DNA of 64,000 bases from Chrysomallon squamiferum (GCA_012295275.1 CM022675.1:9672001-9736000), one strand, 5' to 3'; shown: positions 14,907-30,476, numbered from the stretch's first letter. A program made the numbers and translations. The notes: a model not told the origin generated them from the letters alone.

Positions 14907-15396
14907 GGTGTACATGTGGTTCTGTGTGTGTTCGTTAGTGTCAAGGGGATACATACATTTTTATGTGAAATATGCATGCAAATGAAGTCTATTCAGCAAT
15001 TATAATTTTACAAGTTTTAAAGTATTAATTGTAGATCTATGTTGGTTTAGTCAGAAAGATAACCTGCGAACATTAAAGTTTGTTTAAATGAGAAACGTTT
15101 GACTTAATGCATAACAGTTTACTCAATAAACATTTAGACATAACAATTGCATTAAAAAGATATTTAATGCGACAAAAAAAACCAGTTTAAAATCAATTTT
15201 AATGTCTTTCCCAGCTCAAATGTTAAATCTGCTGCAGTATGCTCAAACATTAAAATAAAAAAAAAAAAAAAAAATTTAAAAATAAATTAGTGTGTGCATG
15301 TCTGCGTGTGTGCGTGCGCATGTCGTGTGTGTGTGTGTGTGTGTGTGTAAGAGTGCACGCGCAAGCATGCATATGTACACAAACATATTTACATAC

Positions 15397-15454
15397 CTTA
15401 AACCACAGATGCACTCTTCAACATTAACGACTTAATCAAAACACCTGTGCAGGT
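15397..15454 (-). other. Possible alternative 5'UTR exon of the left gene (5' boundary uncertain)
   Basis: Strong donor AAG|GTATGT at 15395-15396. Only a weak acceptor (CTGCACAG) at 15455-15456. Confidence 0.25.
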
Positions 15455-16132
15455 ATTCCAACAGGTGAACTTCACAAATATATATATATATATATATATA
15501 TATGTCAATCTGGCTATTCCTCATTGCTGAACTCTGGGTTCCAAATCTTTGTCGAAGGAATAAACAACAGGGAGTTTTTAATGAACAGAACTTAGTAACC
15601 TCAGCGCGAACAATAGCAAAAGGGACTGCAGTCATGCATGACCATTCAAGTGAGAACCAACTGAATGACAATGGGCAAAGCGCTTTGCTAACCTGTACAG
15701 TGTTTCTTTGGAACAAAAAAAAAAACTTTTCTTCAAAGTGTGGCTTACATACACAGTAATGATAACAACAATGATTATAATAAAATAACAGTATAAAATA
15801 AAAACTTTCAAAGTTAAAATCTGCACTAGTGTCGGGTTACTAAAGATATGGAAATCAGATTTTTAGCCTAAGGTGTTGTTTTTTTTTGTTGTTTTTATGA
15901 AGTTCATTCACTATCTGATGAATAAAAAAAAAAAACTAGAGTCTGTTTTTTTTAAACATTATAATTCAGGTTCCTGCAGCATTTCTGTTTAGTTAAGTTG
16001 AGCTGTGAAGTATATGGCTGATGAAAAAAAAGCAATATGTTCTAAACATTCCCCCAATTTTTTTTGTCTTTTGCAAAAAACCCCAGTTATTTATTGTTAT
16101 TATTTTGTTACTGTTTTGCTGTAGATGTATTT

Positions 16133-16164
<32 letters not shown>

Positions 16165-16696
16165 AAAAGAACACTTATGTAGGAATTAATAAATAATAAA
16201 AATAGTAATGATAAAAAAGAGGAAAATTATAAATATTAAGTTAAAAAAAAGGAAAAAAAAAAATAAAACATAAAAAAAAAATTTACTTTAACATTATTGT
16301 AATATACCAGAAATAAATAAATAAATAAATAAAATAATTAAATAAATAAAATAGACCTCATTTCACTTTTTTTATACTAAAAACATGTTAATTCAGAGCT
16401 CACTTTAAACAGTCTTCTAGCCACAAGATAAAGATAAAGATAAAAAAAAAAAAAAAAAAAAAAAAAAAAGAAAAAAAAAATCCATCCACATTTAAAAGCA
16501 GACACAAAATTTCAATCTAGCAGGTGTGAAGAACAGCAAAGTAGACTGAGCACCAGTCATTTTACCCTTCACCACACAACAGGGCAACACGTGGCCCGAA
16601 ACCAGTCTATTATCTGAATGGTGATCTGTTTTAGTTATGTAAGACAGAAAGAAAAAGTTTTCTTTTGTTTTGTGAGAAGTTCTTCTCTTTTTTTTT

Positions 16697-16733
<37 letters not shown>

Positions 16734-17211
16734 CACCAAATCATTGACAGGGAGGAGTAAGAGGTAATGACAGATTGTTACATCAACAAAAGAAATTTCC
16801 TGTTTTATATTCTCAACAGAGACTGATACAAATGAAGATAATGGAAAGTGAGAAAAAGGAGGGGAAAGAGAAGAAAGAAATGAAGAAAGAAAAAACAGGA
16901 AGAGAGAAAAGGAGAGATAAAGGAGAAGGAAAAAAATGAAAAGGGTGTTAAGACGAGGATAAAAATTGGAAGAAATATTAAAATACTATTTATATATTAT
17001 TTTAATATTTATTTTACAAACGTTTGTATAATAAAGTGCTTGTAGAAACTACATTTTAATTTAATTATTTTATACATTTTAGACAATAAAAGATATAAAT
17101 AAAAAACAAACGTATGAAAATAGTAAGGGAATCTGAATGTGCTATTATTTTAGTTACTAAGAAACTTTTAGAATTAGATTATTGTTGAATGCACAGAAAA
17201 GAATAATAATC

Positions 17212-17282
<71 letters not shown>

Positions 17283-17410
17283 CTTGCATCACAGGTCATA
17301 CTGGAAAATAAGTCATTAGGATCTCCAAATAGGATTGAACCTGTAAGCATCTATACCTAAAGCTCTAGCCAATGAATAATATATTTAACAGAACAAACAT
17401 AGCCCAGATG

Positions 17411-17653
17411 TATATCTAATAATAATCACTCACAAGTCAAAGTAATTAATATAGTTGATAGTACATACCAATATTTATATCTAATAATAATCATTCATAA
17501 GTCAAAGTAATTAATATAGCTGATAGTACATACCAATATTTATTTCAAATAATAATCATTCATAAGTCAGAGTAATTAATATAGCTGATAGTACATACCA
17601 ATATTTATTTCTAATAATAATCATTCATAAGTCAGAGTAGTTAATATATTTGA
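17411..17653. repeat. Tandem repeat, 65 bp x~3.7
   Basis: Units start at 17411, 17476, 17541 and 17606. Confidence 0.9.
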
Positions 17654-18893
17654 CAGAGAAACCCATTATAAGATTTACAACGAGCTAGCAGTCATACATA
17701 AGCTGCTCTGTTGCTGACAAATTAAACTCGGCCATCAAGGCAGCTACAGTAAAGTTTAACTGACAAAATAAATTTCTCTTCCGCAGACAAATGGAATTTT
17801 ACTACACAGTGTAAATTTATGTAGCAGTTGGCATTTATTATGAATGAAATTAAAAGTGTGAGTGCATTATTTTAGAATGTGGAGATTAATGTTTTAAATT
17901 AGACACTTTTGCTGATTAATAGTGGTTATGATGACTATGTTTACCTGAAAGCTCGTTCAACTGAAAAGTAAAACATTCTTGGTAACCGATCTTTAACAGT
18001 TTTTCAATTGCTAATTAAACATAACGAAGTATATTATTCAATTTATTATTTATTTATTACAAATTTTAATAATTAATTTTTTTTTTTAAATTTTAATAAT
18101 AATAATAATAATACCTTTTAAAAGGTTACTCAATACTTTTCATGGCCTTCAAAGCTTCTATTTTTAAGTGCTTTTTTCTATTGCTAATTTATGAAACCTA
18201 TAATAACCATAAAATTTAAGTTGTTAGATAATTAGTATTATTACTATTACTACTACTACTATATTATATATATATATAGAGAAGTAATAACTGTCAAAAG
18301 AAAATTTCTATAAGTATAGTGATTTAAAGTGTTGATGTAGCTGCTTTAAAACTAACTTTAAAATTTTGTTGTTGTTAAACCTTTTGCACCAATCCACATC
18401 AAACCAGATTTATGTACTGGAAAAATAAAGTCAATATTATGAAAAATTATGTTTCCATATTCATACTTACATTCAAATTCAAATGACTGTATTAGCTATT
18501 ACAATTTATACTACCTACCTATATCATAACATGCACTTTATGAAAATCATTTTTGTTTACAAAAAGTGTATTATGTTACAATTTTAATTTTTTTAAACTA
18601 TAATCAACCTTCAAGTCACAATGCTGTTTATAAAATTTAAAATTAGATGAAAAAAAGAAAAATGATCTCTATCACACACAAATGTAAGTTTTTTTTTTGA
18701 AAATATGCAGTTTCGTTCTTATATTAAGTTTCAACTTGTCAATTCTTCTAAAAATTACTTACATCAAACAACAGAAAAAGTGAAAATAATTATTTGAGAG
18801 CACTGTTAGAGTTCATTGTGGTAATTTCATTTTCATTCTTTTCTTTAAAAAATAAATAAAAATAAATAAATAATAATAATAATAATAATAATA

Positions 18894-18941
<48 letters not shown>

Positions 18942-20301
18942 TAATAATAATAAATAAATAAATAAATCACCATGACAGACAGACATATCAAATGCAACTA
19001 CATGAACCCACAATTTTAGTTTTAATCTTCAAACTTGTTTTAAAAGTTCAGTTTGGTTGTTTTTGTTTGTTTTTTCTTTTCTTTTCTCTCAGGTAAAACC
19101 AAATACCTCGAGCTCTCAGGTCTGATTTCAACTTGCCCGTTTTAGTTGAACGTGAGGCAGGCGATAAAGATCTGTGGCCTTTTAACTTTCCACATAACTT
19201 GAGTTTAACCCTGGAACCAGTCAACCGTAAAACCAATGACCTAACTAACCACTGTGTCACCAATGTAAGTAATATTTATTATGTAAGTATACAAGTGTAT
19301 ATGTTTGTATGTACTGTGTACATATGTATTTATGTATGTATGAATGTGTATATGTAGTGTGTGTGTGAGTGTGTGTGTCTGTGTGTGCATGCACATATCT
19401 ATTTCTGGTCTTGTTAACATTACCATAATTAGATTCTATTTTCTCATCATTAATCTGAGAACGTTTAACCAATTTGGTAAAAATTAATTCTGGAACAAAT
19501 TAACGATTCATATTCACTTACCATTAAATAAATATTTTGTCAAGAATCGGCATAACATATTAAAATGCAACATCTGGACCTTTTTTCTTTTTTTTAAATT
19601 TTAATTTTATATTATAAATTTTTTAAAAACCCAAAATACCAAACAAAAAAACACCTCTATCATTTTCTCTTTTCTAGCCAGCCCGAAAACTTACAAAACG
19701 ATGATCAAATCGGCATCAAATTGCTTGCATTATCACTGGGAGAAGGCTCCATTGTTGATCAATGGAGTGAAAAACGAGCAACTCCAGTTACAGCTTGTTA
19801 AATCACTATTAAAACTCCCCCAGCAGAAGGACGTGAGCCTGGTTTATAAAGTACACCTAGTGAAACGCTAGGTAGACTGGACTGTTTCAGCAGTACTCCA
19901 GATTATAAAGAAGGCATTAAAATACACACACACACACACACACACACACATTACAGGTATCTCCATAAATACACTGATTTATGAATAAATCATATAAAAT
20001 GGCTCATGTTATAGTAGAGGCGTCATCACTATTATGCAGTTTATGTATCATCTGCAATATAAAACAGGGGCTTTCTTTTTATAGGCCCAAGCAACAATAT
20101 CAGTTCTGTGATTATGTATTTCATAAAATAAAGACACTTCTTACAGAAATACACAATGAAGTATTTGGTGTATAAAATAAAGCACACGTTATACTTAATT
20201 TAGCCATCAGTATGTTTTACATATAGGAGAAATACTTGATTATTTATATAAAAACTAGAACTGTTGCAATATGTATATATATATACCCAAACTACCTTGA
20301 C

Positions 20302-20384
<83 letters not shown>

Positions 20385-22318
20385 AGTTTAAATAAAATTA
20401 TATTTTAATAAAATTATATTTAAATAAAATAAGTAATCAAGGCTTATATCCCATTTCCTGTATTTTCAACTTTAGGGAATGGTGTTTTTTTATAAATAAA
20501 TAAAAATAGTAATTAATAAAAAAATCCCATGTTATTAAGCAAAAAGACTATCAGATAAAAATGTTCTTTTTTCACACCATCAGTTTATGAACTGTATGGC
20601 TTGACACCCCATAGTCATAAATATTAAAACATGTTACGATACTGTTCAATGTTTATTCATTTAACATAATATTGCCCTCAGTGGACCATTTAACAAACTG
20701 ATACTAAAATTGGTGTTTGAAGTGAAAATATTTAAAATATTTGTTCAGGCAAAAGTATTAACAGGCTTTAGAGAGACAGATATTTATTTAGAATTTAGCT
20801 ACAGTGAATTTTCAGGTAACTTTTTATTTTATAAAAATAAATATTACTTTTATTTAAGTTACTACTGTACTTTGTTTTATTTTCATTTATTATTTTTTTT
20901 TTTTAATTTATTATTTTGATTTTTGTTCTAACTACACCTGTATTTCATAGATACTAATAAACTGAAAATGTTTAATTTGACATCACAATTAGTACTTATT
21001 TTCCTTCCTTTTTCATTTATTCATTCATTCACTCTTTTTCTTCTTCCTTCTTCCTTCCATCAAAAATATTAATATACCAAACATTAATTTACCAAAAATT
21101 ACAGTATATATATAGTTACTCAATATTCACAATATTTTAACATTTTCACTATGCAAATATTTAACAATCTGAGAAACAAATTTTAAACAAAGAAAAGAAA
21201 ATATATATATATATATATACACATCGCAATGCTAGAGCAGGTATTTTAAGAAGTCATTCATCTTACTAGTAGAATATTTCAAAGATCTTATTCATATACA
21301 TTAACAGAGTGTGTTCCTTTTTTTCTTCTTTGTAAAATGGAATGGTTTTAAATGAATAATTTAAAATGACTGTTTCCATCTGTAACATGCTCTACTTTTA
21401 AGATGAGTAATGGCAGTTTTTCTCAGACATGACTGTCTGTCTCGCACAACGAAGGCGCTGTATATCATTCTCCATTCTAATCTGTATACAGTTAAAACTC
21501 CACGAAAGGCATGCTTTAACCCGGTAGACAAGTACCAGAACAAATTAAAAAAGCTTGGTTGCTGGCAAGAAAATAGATGATTATTAATTAAGCAGATACA
21601 AATTACAAAATTGACCCAGCTGCATATAATGAAGGATGGATGGACAACTAGATAGACAGACAAAGTTTATCACTATATTAAAAATTAATGTTTAAAAGCA
21701 CCTAAAATGTTTTAATATTAAAAAAAAAAAAAAAAATTTAAATATCGTACATATTCGTTATATAAATTATATATGAAAGGTAACATATTGCCAATACATG
21801 GTCTATTGTTACTGATTAAGTAGCAACAGATTTTTTGATACACCTTCCCACAGACAATTATGGGTAATGGCTGGAACAGGCAATGGCCCATAGTGTTCAG
21901 TAAAAAGTATTGATCTAGTGATCTAACATACCTTAACCGTTCCACCAAGTTCCAGCAGAGTCCAAATACATATGTTTTTTTAAAAGTTAAACATTAATGC
22001 AAAAATTATTTAGGGTGTTTGATATTATTTACTTAATTTAAAACAAAAAAAATTCTTTACTTTTTCATTTATTTATTTTATTTTAAATTCACAAAATAAC
22101 TTTTATGATTAAAATGAATGAATTCAGTTACAAAGGTTTACTTGTATTTTGAAACACATTCTGTAAGTACATTTACTAAATGATTTTGTATCTGAGTTGG
22201 GAAATAAATAAGAATAAATAAAATATTTAAACTCAATTAAAAGTAAATAACATTCAATAAATATTTAAAAACTAAAATCTCTATTGCTAAAAGATTCATT
22301 TGCATTTATATTTTATCT

Positions 22319-22352
<34 letters not shown>

Positions 22353-23021
22353 AAAATAAATAATATAAAAGTTTCATTATCGCAAATAATAATGCATGAC
22401 TCCTGCATCGAAGATCGGGGATCCATTATTAAAATTAGGAACGCAAACATGTGATTCTAAAAATAAATATTAAAAGGCTTAGCCTTAAAAAAAAAGAAAA
22501 AAGAAAGAAAATTATGAAAAACTCTATGAATAATGTATTAATAAAACGTGCGTCAGTTATTAAGTACGCGAGCAAGAATCCTGAACACGATTTATAAAAT
22601 TATATGAAATACAAAAACTAAGAGAAGGGAGAATGATAGAGGGGGGGAATAAAACAAATATGCTTTTAAAACAATCTTCAGTGGTAGAAAACTAACCTCC
22701 TGATAGCGAATAACCTGCTTGTCAAAACGCAAATTCACTTTTAAAACACTTTCTTTTGTCAAACACAAAGTTCTCCAGTGCATTCCGCTAACTCCACAAC
22801 TAACTCAACAACTTTCTAGATGCAAAGTACACGAAGCCGACATGATTAGATTAGTTCGGGCACTTTTTGTAGTTCGCTTTCTTGTTTCGGCCCGAGTTTT
22901 ATCGGAGGTCGCCGACTTTACCATCACCTCGCAAAAAAGTACAAGCGCTGTGCTGGAATGCGCGAGGTAGCTGACCTAATTCCACGAACAAAGAACTTGC
23001 GATAGTTAAAAATATACTTAC

Positions 23022-23260
23022 GAAACATTTATGAAAAGGTATAATTCCGTTCTCCCCTCGAACACACCTAAGTTTATGCAAAATCCAGTGCCAAATACTA
23101 CTTCATGTGCCCTGCTTTAAAAGATGGCGGTGAAATCCGAGCCCGTGACGTAAGCGAAATCAACAATGGGTAGACCCCCGGAAGTCTCACACAAAAAGCC
23201 CGCCAAACTCTCACACATACCTTGGACCAGGTATGAATGGGGGACACTATAGTAGCAGAC
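23022..23260 (-). promoter_or_regulatory. Housekeeping-type promoter and candidate non-coding first exon (~23022-23135) of a second, minus-strand gene
   Basis: YY1 motif AAGATGGCGG (23121-23130), CRE-like TGACGTAA (23146-23153), ETS CCGGAAGT (23178-23185). Donor TTC|GTAAGT at 23020-23021. CpG-rich island ~22690-23300 at the edge of a CpG-poor domain. Confidence 0.6.
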
Positions 23261-23939
23261 GTACGTTTGTCGCATTGTCTCGTCGGCGTTCCATTATTCG
23301 TAATTAATAGCTGAAGAACAAGGGTGATTCAAAAGAAGAACAAACAAAAAATAAATAAATAAAATAATATAAACTAATACATAATATATAAACAAAAATT
23401 CTAAGTTTATTAATAACTAATATACAGTATTAATTATTAAAATTCTTACTAAATTTTAGCTCATTTATTAGTTTATTACAATTGTTATTCCATATATTCT
23501 ACGTATGTTCATACTTAATGTTACATGTATGTATACTGTATGCTTTTATGTTTCAATATACAAATAATATAATCATAGACAAATAAATATCTTTTAATTT
23601 ATTAAATATGTTTGTATGTACATTTGTATTTGGATTTGTATGTATGTATGTATGTATGTATATGTGTATGTTTGTATTATGCGTGTATGTATGTGTGCAT
23701 GTATATATGTACGTATGCATGTGCATGTATTTGTGTGTATGTGTGTGTGTGTGTGTGAGTGTGTGTGTATGTGTGGTATATGTTTATCGAGTAGTAATTA
23801 ATATTCTAGTCTGGCAGACGACAGTCCAGGCTTGAGATGCATGGCCAGGAAAGGCATGTTTAAACCTTTAGTTGATTATGGTTTATTTTACCTATACCTA
23901 GAATTATTTATTGATTTATTTATTGATTTATTTATTGAT

Positions 23940-23984
<45 letters not shown>

Positions 23985-25041
23985 TTAAATTAATGATAAT
24001 TCTGGTGTCGTTACTTAACAGTGGTTGGAACGTAATATTGGGTTGAAACAAAAGTTTGTATTGTTTTTTTTTTTTTTTTTTAAACACGTTATTCATTTAC
24101 ACACATGTCTGAACTATTACATATATACATATTCTGAAAATTAACAAACTGCACATCTATCTATCTATCTATCTTTTTCTCCTTTGATAATTCTAATGAA
24201 AATTGTTAATGGATTTTTATCTTTATTATTATTGTTGTTGTTACAATTTAAAATATTCTTCTGATCGTTATTGTTTTAATTCTACTTATTACTACTTCTA
24301 CTACTTACTACTACTACTACTACTGCTATTAGTAATACTATGACTTTGGTTATAAAATGTTTGTTCGTTTTTATTTTTTATTTATTTAATTACTTACTTA
24401 TTTAATTTTATTTAACTGTTTCTTTCCTCACACGTTTCCATTTTCCATTTTTATGTTTTAACACTAAAAATTGTTAACTTTAATCAAAGATAGTCGTTCC
24501 ATGAAAAATTAAAAATATTAAAAATAAAAAAATAAAAAAAATAAAAGATAAAACGTCTATGTATATTTTTACCAATATATGTCAGAGTTCAAGTGCGAAC
24601 AACCGGTAATATTTAATTACCATGGCCTAGTATAACATCCGCCAACTTCTTAACTAATCGTCTGCTCGCTAAGTACACTCCATATCACACCGCGTTCATT
24701 CACTAGCACCTAGTCACGCAGTATCTTCTTCTACCTGACGATGTAGTTCCTAAAACATCTCTGCAGTATTTTGTTTCATTTAGATTGATATGAAATTAAA
24801 TGATTCATAATTATGGGTTTAAGTATTTAAATAATGAGGATCAGAATATTTTGAACATTTTGATATATTTTATTTTATTATTATTTATTTTTTTTTTTTT
24901 TTTTCTGACACCATCGTCAGACACATCTGCCAGACGAGATTCTGAAAGCGACAGAAATGATTGTTGAGATTAAAAGAGAGATATGGAAATAGTAGCTCGA
25001 AAGAAAGAAAGAGCAAAACTGTGAAAAAGAAAGAACGACTG

Positions 25042-25137
<96 letters not shown>

Positions 25138-25486
25138 AGCGCTGTATGGTACAGCAAATCCAGATTAAACTAAATGGACCGCTGTTTTCCCAGACCAAAA
25201 TACTAATCCATGGCCATTAGTTTCGGTTGGAAGAATACGATGTTTACAGAAAGAAAAAAAAAGGGGGAAAAAAAAAAAAAAAAAAAAAAAAGGTAACACT
25301 GAACAAAAACCATAGGTGTCCCTGTTTCTTTCGTCTTTAAGCCTATTAAACTTAAATATGTTATTATTTAACACTAACGATAAGGCGTTTTAAGTTTGCT
25401 CTGTTTTTCTTGTTCTCAAAACAATCCATTTCCTTCTGATAACAGTCGCACTTAGACAACAATGGAAGAGTACACACCAAGCCATT

Positions 25487-25502
25487 TGGCGCCCCCTACT
25501 GG
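25487..25502 (-). promoter_or_regulatory. CTCF-binding motif (candidate insulator)
   Basis: Minus strand reads CCAGTAGGGGGCGCCA, matching the CTCF core CCASYAGRKGGCRS, in otherwise AT-rich intergenic DNA. Confidence 0.55.
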
Positions 25503-25965
25503 ATTATCCGCGTAGGACTTTACGAGTTCAGCTAATTAGAATTATCTACGTTGAAATACAGGGTGGGGGGTGGAGTTGAGTATGTAAGATTTATTATTGT
25601 CTTTCTTTCCCACCCCTATGCTTTATAAGTTAATAAAATGAATATTTGTTTGAAGACGTTGGAAAATATTATAAATTAAAGATGGAAGATATGAAACCGT
25701 TCTTCTATACTTTTCTTTTTGATTTAAAAAAAAAAAAAAAAAGCCCACTGTGGTTAATCTATGGATTAAGCCTAGTGATTAGCAGGAAACAGTATTTTAT
25801 CTGAACCTTCCCATAGTTAGTATCGCACATATAACTATTTTTCATATCGAACGATTTAACGTTCATTGCTCTGTGAAAGTTTTGTAAACTTATCAAGAAC
25901 AATATCAATTTAAAATCTTCATCATCATCATTATTAACGTTGTTGTTGTTGTTCTTATTATTAAC

Positions 25966-25997
<32 letters not shown>

Positions 25998-26946
25998 GCT
26001 GTTCTTGTTATTGTTCTTATTGTTATTATCATCCTCATCCTCGTTATTGTTGTTGTTGTTGTTATTATTAATTTTTTTTTTTTTTACCTCTTCTACAAAT
26101 CTCATTTCTTCCTATGTGTGTGTTTTGTATGTCTGTGTGTGTTCGCGTGTGTGTTATGATATTATGCATGTTCGCATTTTAATAAAGGACATCACGTTTT
26201 GAATCAAGAGGTCATCGTCTTTATCATAGCATATCAGTGATGTTTTTCAGAGGATATTTTCAAAACGTGAACCCACGCACGTACGCACCAACTTTCTGCA
26301 AGTGCATACATGTGTGTTTATTTAGGAATGTTTTGTACATCCGTCCATCTATCTGTTGATGCATAAATCTACACATATGCACACAAATCGAATATATATA
26401 TATATATATATAAAGACATATATATTTATATATTAAAGACAGTCGAATATATATATATATATTCAAGACAAAACTGGATTGGAGACGTTCCGATTAAAAC
26501 AATATCCAATTCATACAAAAAAATTACGTTAGCCCAAAAGGGACCTCTGCATAGTTCTGATACAAAATGTGTAAATTTTATGACGTCGTATATACCATGT
26601 GATAATTAAATAAACTACTTCTGAATGAAGATAAGATAAGAGGGTATAGTAAACGATAATCTTTTGTTTTTAGAAATCCCGTTAATCCGCAAGAAACATG
26701 ACACAAATCCTATTAATCTCCTTCTTTTTTATGATAATGTAATCGGAACTGAAAGATTGAAAATGTCCCTCACGGCTGTAATAAAAATGTCTATAATATA
26801 TTGTCTTGTTCACGCGTCCAGGTATTGTTATATGACTTCGTATTTTATGAGTGTTTTACTTATATATTTAGTTAAAGGGGTTGGAGTTGTGACGTAATGG
26901 ATAGAAAGGGGAAAAAAAATGCATCATGTGCATTAACCATAGTGCA

Positions 26947-26977
<31 letters not shown>

Positions 26978-27110
26978 GAGAAGAAAGAATGAATATAAGA
27001 GAGAATGAGGAACATATAAAGAAGGTAGAAAGTTATTACATATCTCTCCCTTTTTTCTCATCTCTCTCTCTCTCTTTCTCTCTATCTGTCTCTCTCTCTC
27101 TATCTGTCTT

Positions 27111-27145
<35 letters not shown>

Positions 27146-27630
27146 GTCTCTGTCTCTCTCTCTCTCTCATCACATGCAGGTCTTTTCTCTTTTTTTTTCT
27201 TTTTTCCCTCCATATCTTCAGAACTGTTTTTATTTTCAAATTAAAAATGTCAGACAGTTAAAAACAGTAATATTTAAATTTCAAATTAATTACATGGTGG
27301 ATCATATTTGTTTAAAGTAGATCCATGGCCGCGATAAACTTTGTGTCCGAGAGCAAAGACCCAGTCGTTTGTGTGTATTTGTAATTATTAGCGCCGACTG
27401 TTCATACCTTTATTTATCTGTAGCGTAAGTTTGTGCTTGTTAAACTTGAAAATTTGGCGTCATTAAAATGGTTTCTTTATTCACGCAAGCAAACAAACAA
27501 ACAAACTTTTATAGGTGATGATAAAAAATGAAAAAGAAAACACACGCACACACACACACAAAAAAACCACACTCAAAAAAAGACCACTACAACAAAACAC
27601 AAGACAAACAAAGAAATTTAATTGCGAGTT

Positions 27631-28475
27631 GTGATGATGATAATAGTTGTAGTAGTGGTAGTATGATGATAATAGTCGTAGTAGTGGTAGTGATGATGAT
27701 AATAGTGGTAGTGATGATGATGATAGTCGTAGTAGTGGTAGTGATGATGATAATAGTGGTAGTAGTGGCAGTGATGATGATGATAATAGTGGTAGTAGTG
27801 GTAGTGATTATGATGATAGCGGTAGTGATGATGATAATAGTGGTAGTAGTGGTAGTGATGATGATGATAGTGGTAGTAGTGGTAGTGATGATGATGATAG
27901 TGATAGTAGTGGTAGTGATGATGATGATAGTGATAGTAGTGGTAGTGATGATGATAATGGTGGTAGTAGTGGTAGTGATGATGATAATGGTGGTAGTGAT
28001 GATGATGATAGTCGTAGTAGTGGTAGTGATGATGATAATAGTGGTAGTAGTGGCAGTGATGATGATGATAATAGTGGTAGTAGTGGTAGTGATTATGATG
28101 ATAGCTGGTAGTGATGATGATAATAGTGGTAGTAGTGGTAGTGATGATGATGATAGTGGTAGTAGTGGTAGTGATGATGATGATAGTCGTAGTAGTGGTG
28201 AGTGATGATGATGATGTAGTGGTAGTGATGAAGTAGTGGTAGTAGTGGATGATGATGATAGTGGTAGTAGTGGTAGTGATGATGATGATGATAGTCGTAG
28301 TAGTGGTAGTGATGATGATAATAGTCGTAGTAGTGGTAGTGATGATGATGATAACAGTGGTAGTAGTGGTAGTGATGATGATGATAGTAGTAGAAGTCGT
28401 AGTGATGATGATAATAGTCGTAGTAGTGGTAGTGATGATGATAATAGTGGTAGTAGTGGTAGTGATGATGATAAC
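27631..28475. repeat. Compound (GAT)/(AGT)/(GGT) minisatellite, ~27-30-bp unit
   Basis: AGTGGTAGTAGTGGTAGTGATGATGATAAT-type units. A ~100-bp block at ~27719-27820 recurs at ~28003-28104. Confidence 0.92.
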
Positions 28476-28977
28476 GACCATGTTCATCACAGATAAAAGA
28501 CATTGTTATTTATTTTTAACACAAAAACAACAACAACAATAATAATAATAATATATATTAAAGTTTACAGACAAACTCTAATAATAACAATAATAATAAC
28601 AATAATAATTATAGTAATAATAATAATCATTATTTTTATTATTATTATTATTGCTACTACTACTACTACTACTACTACTATAGAAGCAATTAAAAAAGAA
28701 AAATGTTTCTTTGGCTTAAGATTTTTCAGACGTTCATCCGTAAATTTGTGTCTATATGTATGTTTTAAATATCAATAACAAATATATAAGTAAAGTGAAA
28801 AATGAATAAATAAATAATAACTGCTGCTGAGGAGAGAAATTAAAATATATAATAACCATCCCACTCAACTGAAAAGAAAAGAGCGCGTCTTTCCAAGGGC
28901 GGCAACTCTTTACGCTCTATTTATTCAATAATCTTTTTACGTTCTGAAGATAAAATAAAGATAAAACGATCTTGTTG

Positions 28978-29027
<50 letters not shown>

Positions 29028-29264
29028 AGACTCACTGATAAAGAAAGACAAGGTTTTTCGTTAAATGGCCGCTTTATGGTTTATCAGTCAAGCATCTTCA
29101 GTTTCCACTTAACCTAAATGTTACAGAAAGCTAGGACGTAGTGCCCTGTGTTACTTTAAACACTTAACATAACCACTTTGATCTTAGACCTCGAATAAGA
29201 ACTGTTAACTAACAAAGCTAAATGACCTCGCTATAGGGTAATAATAATAATAATTATGATGACG

Positions 29265-29328
<64 letters not shown>

Positions 29329-29515
29329 TGACGATAATAATAATAATAATAATTTTAATAATAATGACAGTTGTAGTAGTAATAGTAGGAGTATTAATAG
29401 TAGCAATAACTGATAGCAGCTGTAGCAATAGTAATAGTACTAACAATAGTGGTAGTAATAGTAATAGTAAAAATGAGGGGAAAAGGACATCATGGTGAAA
29501 CTGGTTAAAAGTTTG

Positions 29516-29608
<93 letters not shown>

Positions 29609-30058
29609 TGTCTAAATGCTTTATTAGAGAATTGATATTCAGTGCAGAGAAAGATTCAAGTTTTGAAAGAAGCGTTGCTGATGATGATGACAATGATGCA
29701 GCTGTCGTTGTTTTATTTTATTCTGTTGTGATTTGAAGACGGAAAGGTCCTAGGATCAAATTTCAGCACTGGTTCAAATAACATAAGACAAGCACAATAT
29801 TATTTTTTTTTATTTTAATAAATTTGTTTAGAAATAAAAATGTCATTCGTTGTTTTGTTAGTAATAGTATGAAAATGAAATAACAAGAATCTAAAATAAT
29901 GCAAAACAAATCTGATTACAAAATGAAATAATAATGGCACTAATAACAAGAACAACAACATTAACAAACAATCTAAAACATAAATAAATTGAGAATGAAT
30001 TTGGAATAAATAAGCAAATAATTATGCAAAATTAAGTTCAATAAAGAAAAATAATAAT

Positions 30059-30144
<86 letters not shown>

Positions 30145-30419
30145 ATTATTTTATTTCAAATAGAACAAAAGCTCTGAAAGACTGAGCCACAGTAAATTTG
30201 TAAAATTTAACTATTAAAGTGCATGTATTTAAAGTACATGTGTTTAAACACAAGAAAAAGTGATCTCATAACAATATCCTATCTTTTAGCGAGAAGAATG
30301 ATTTCATGAAAAAAAATGCAACATTAATAGACTTTATTTTCTCCACGTACTTTCAGTAATAATCATTATAATATGAAGATTTTTTCTTTAATCTTTCTTT
30401 TTATTGCTTTCTTTTCTTA

Positions 30420-30476
<57 letters not shown>

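Noticed and set aside
17300-17375. B-box-like GGTTCAATCC as a tRNA gene
   Set aside because: No cloverleaf. Better explained as a decayed SINE head.
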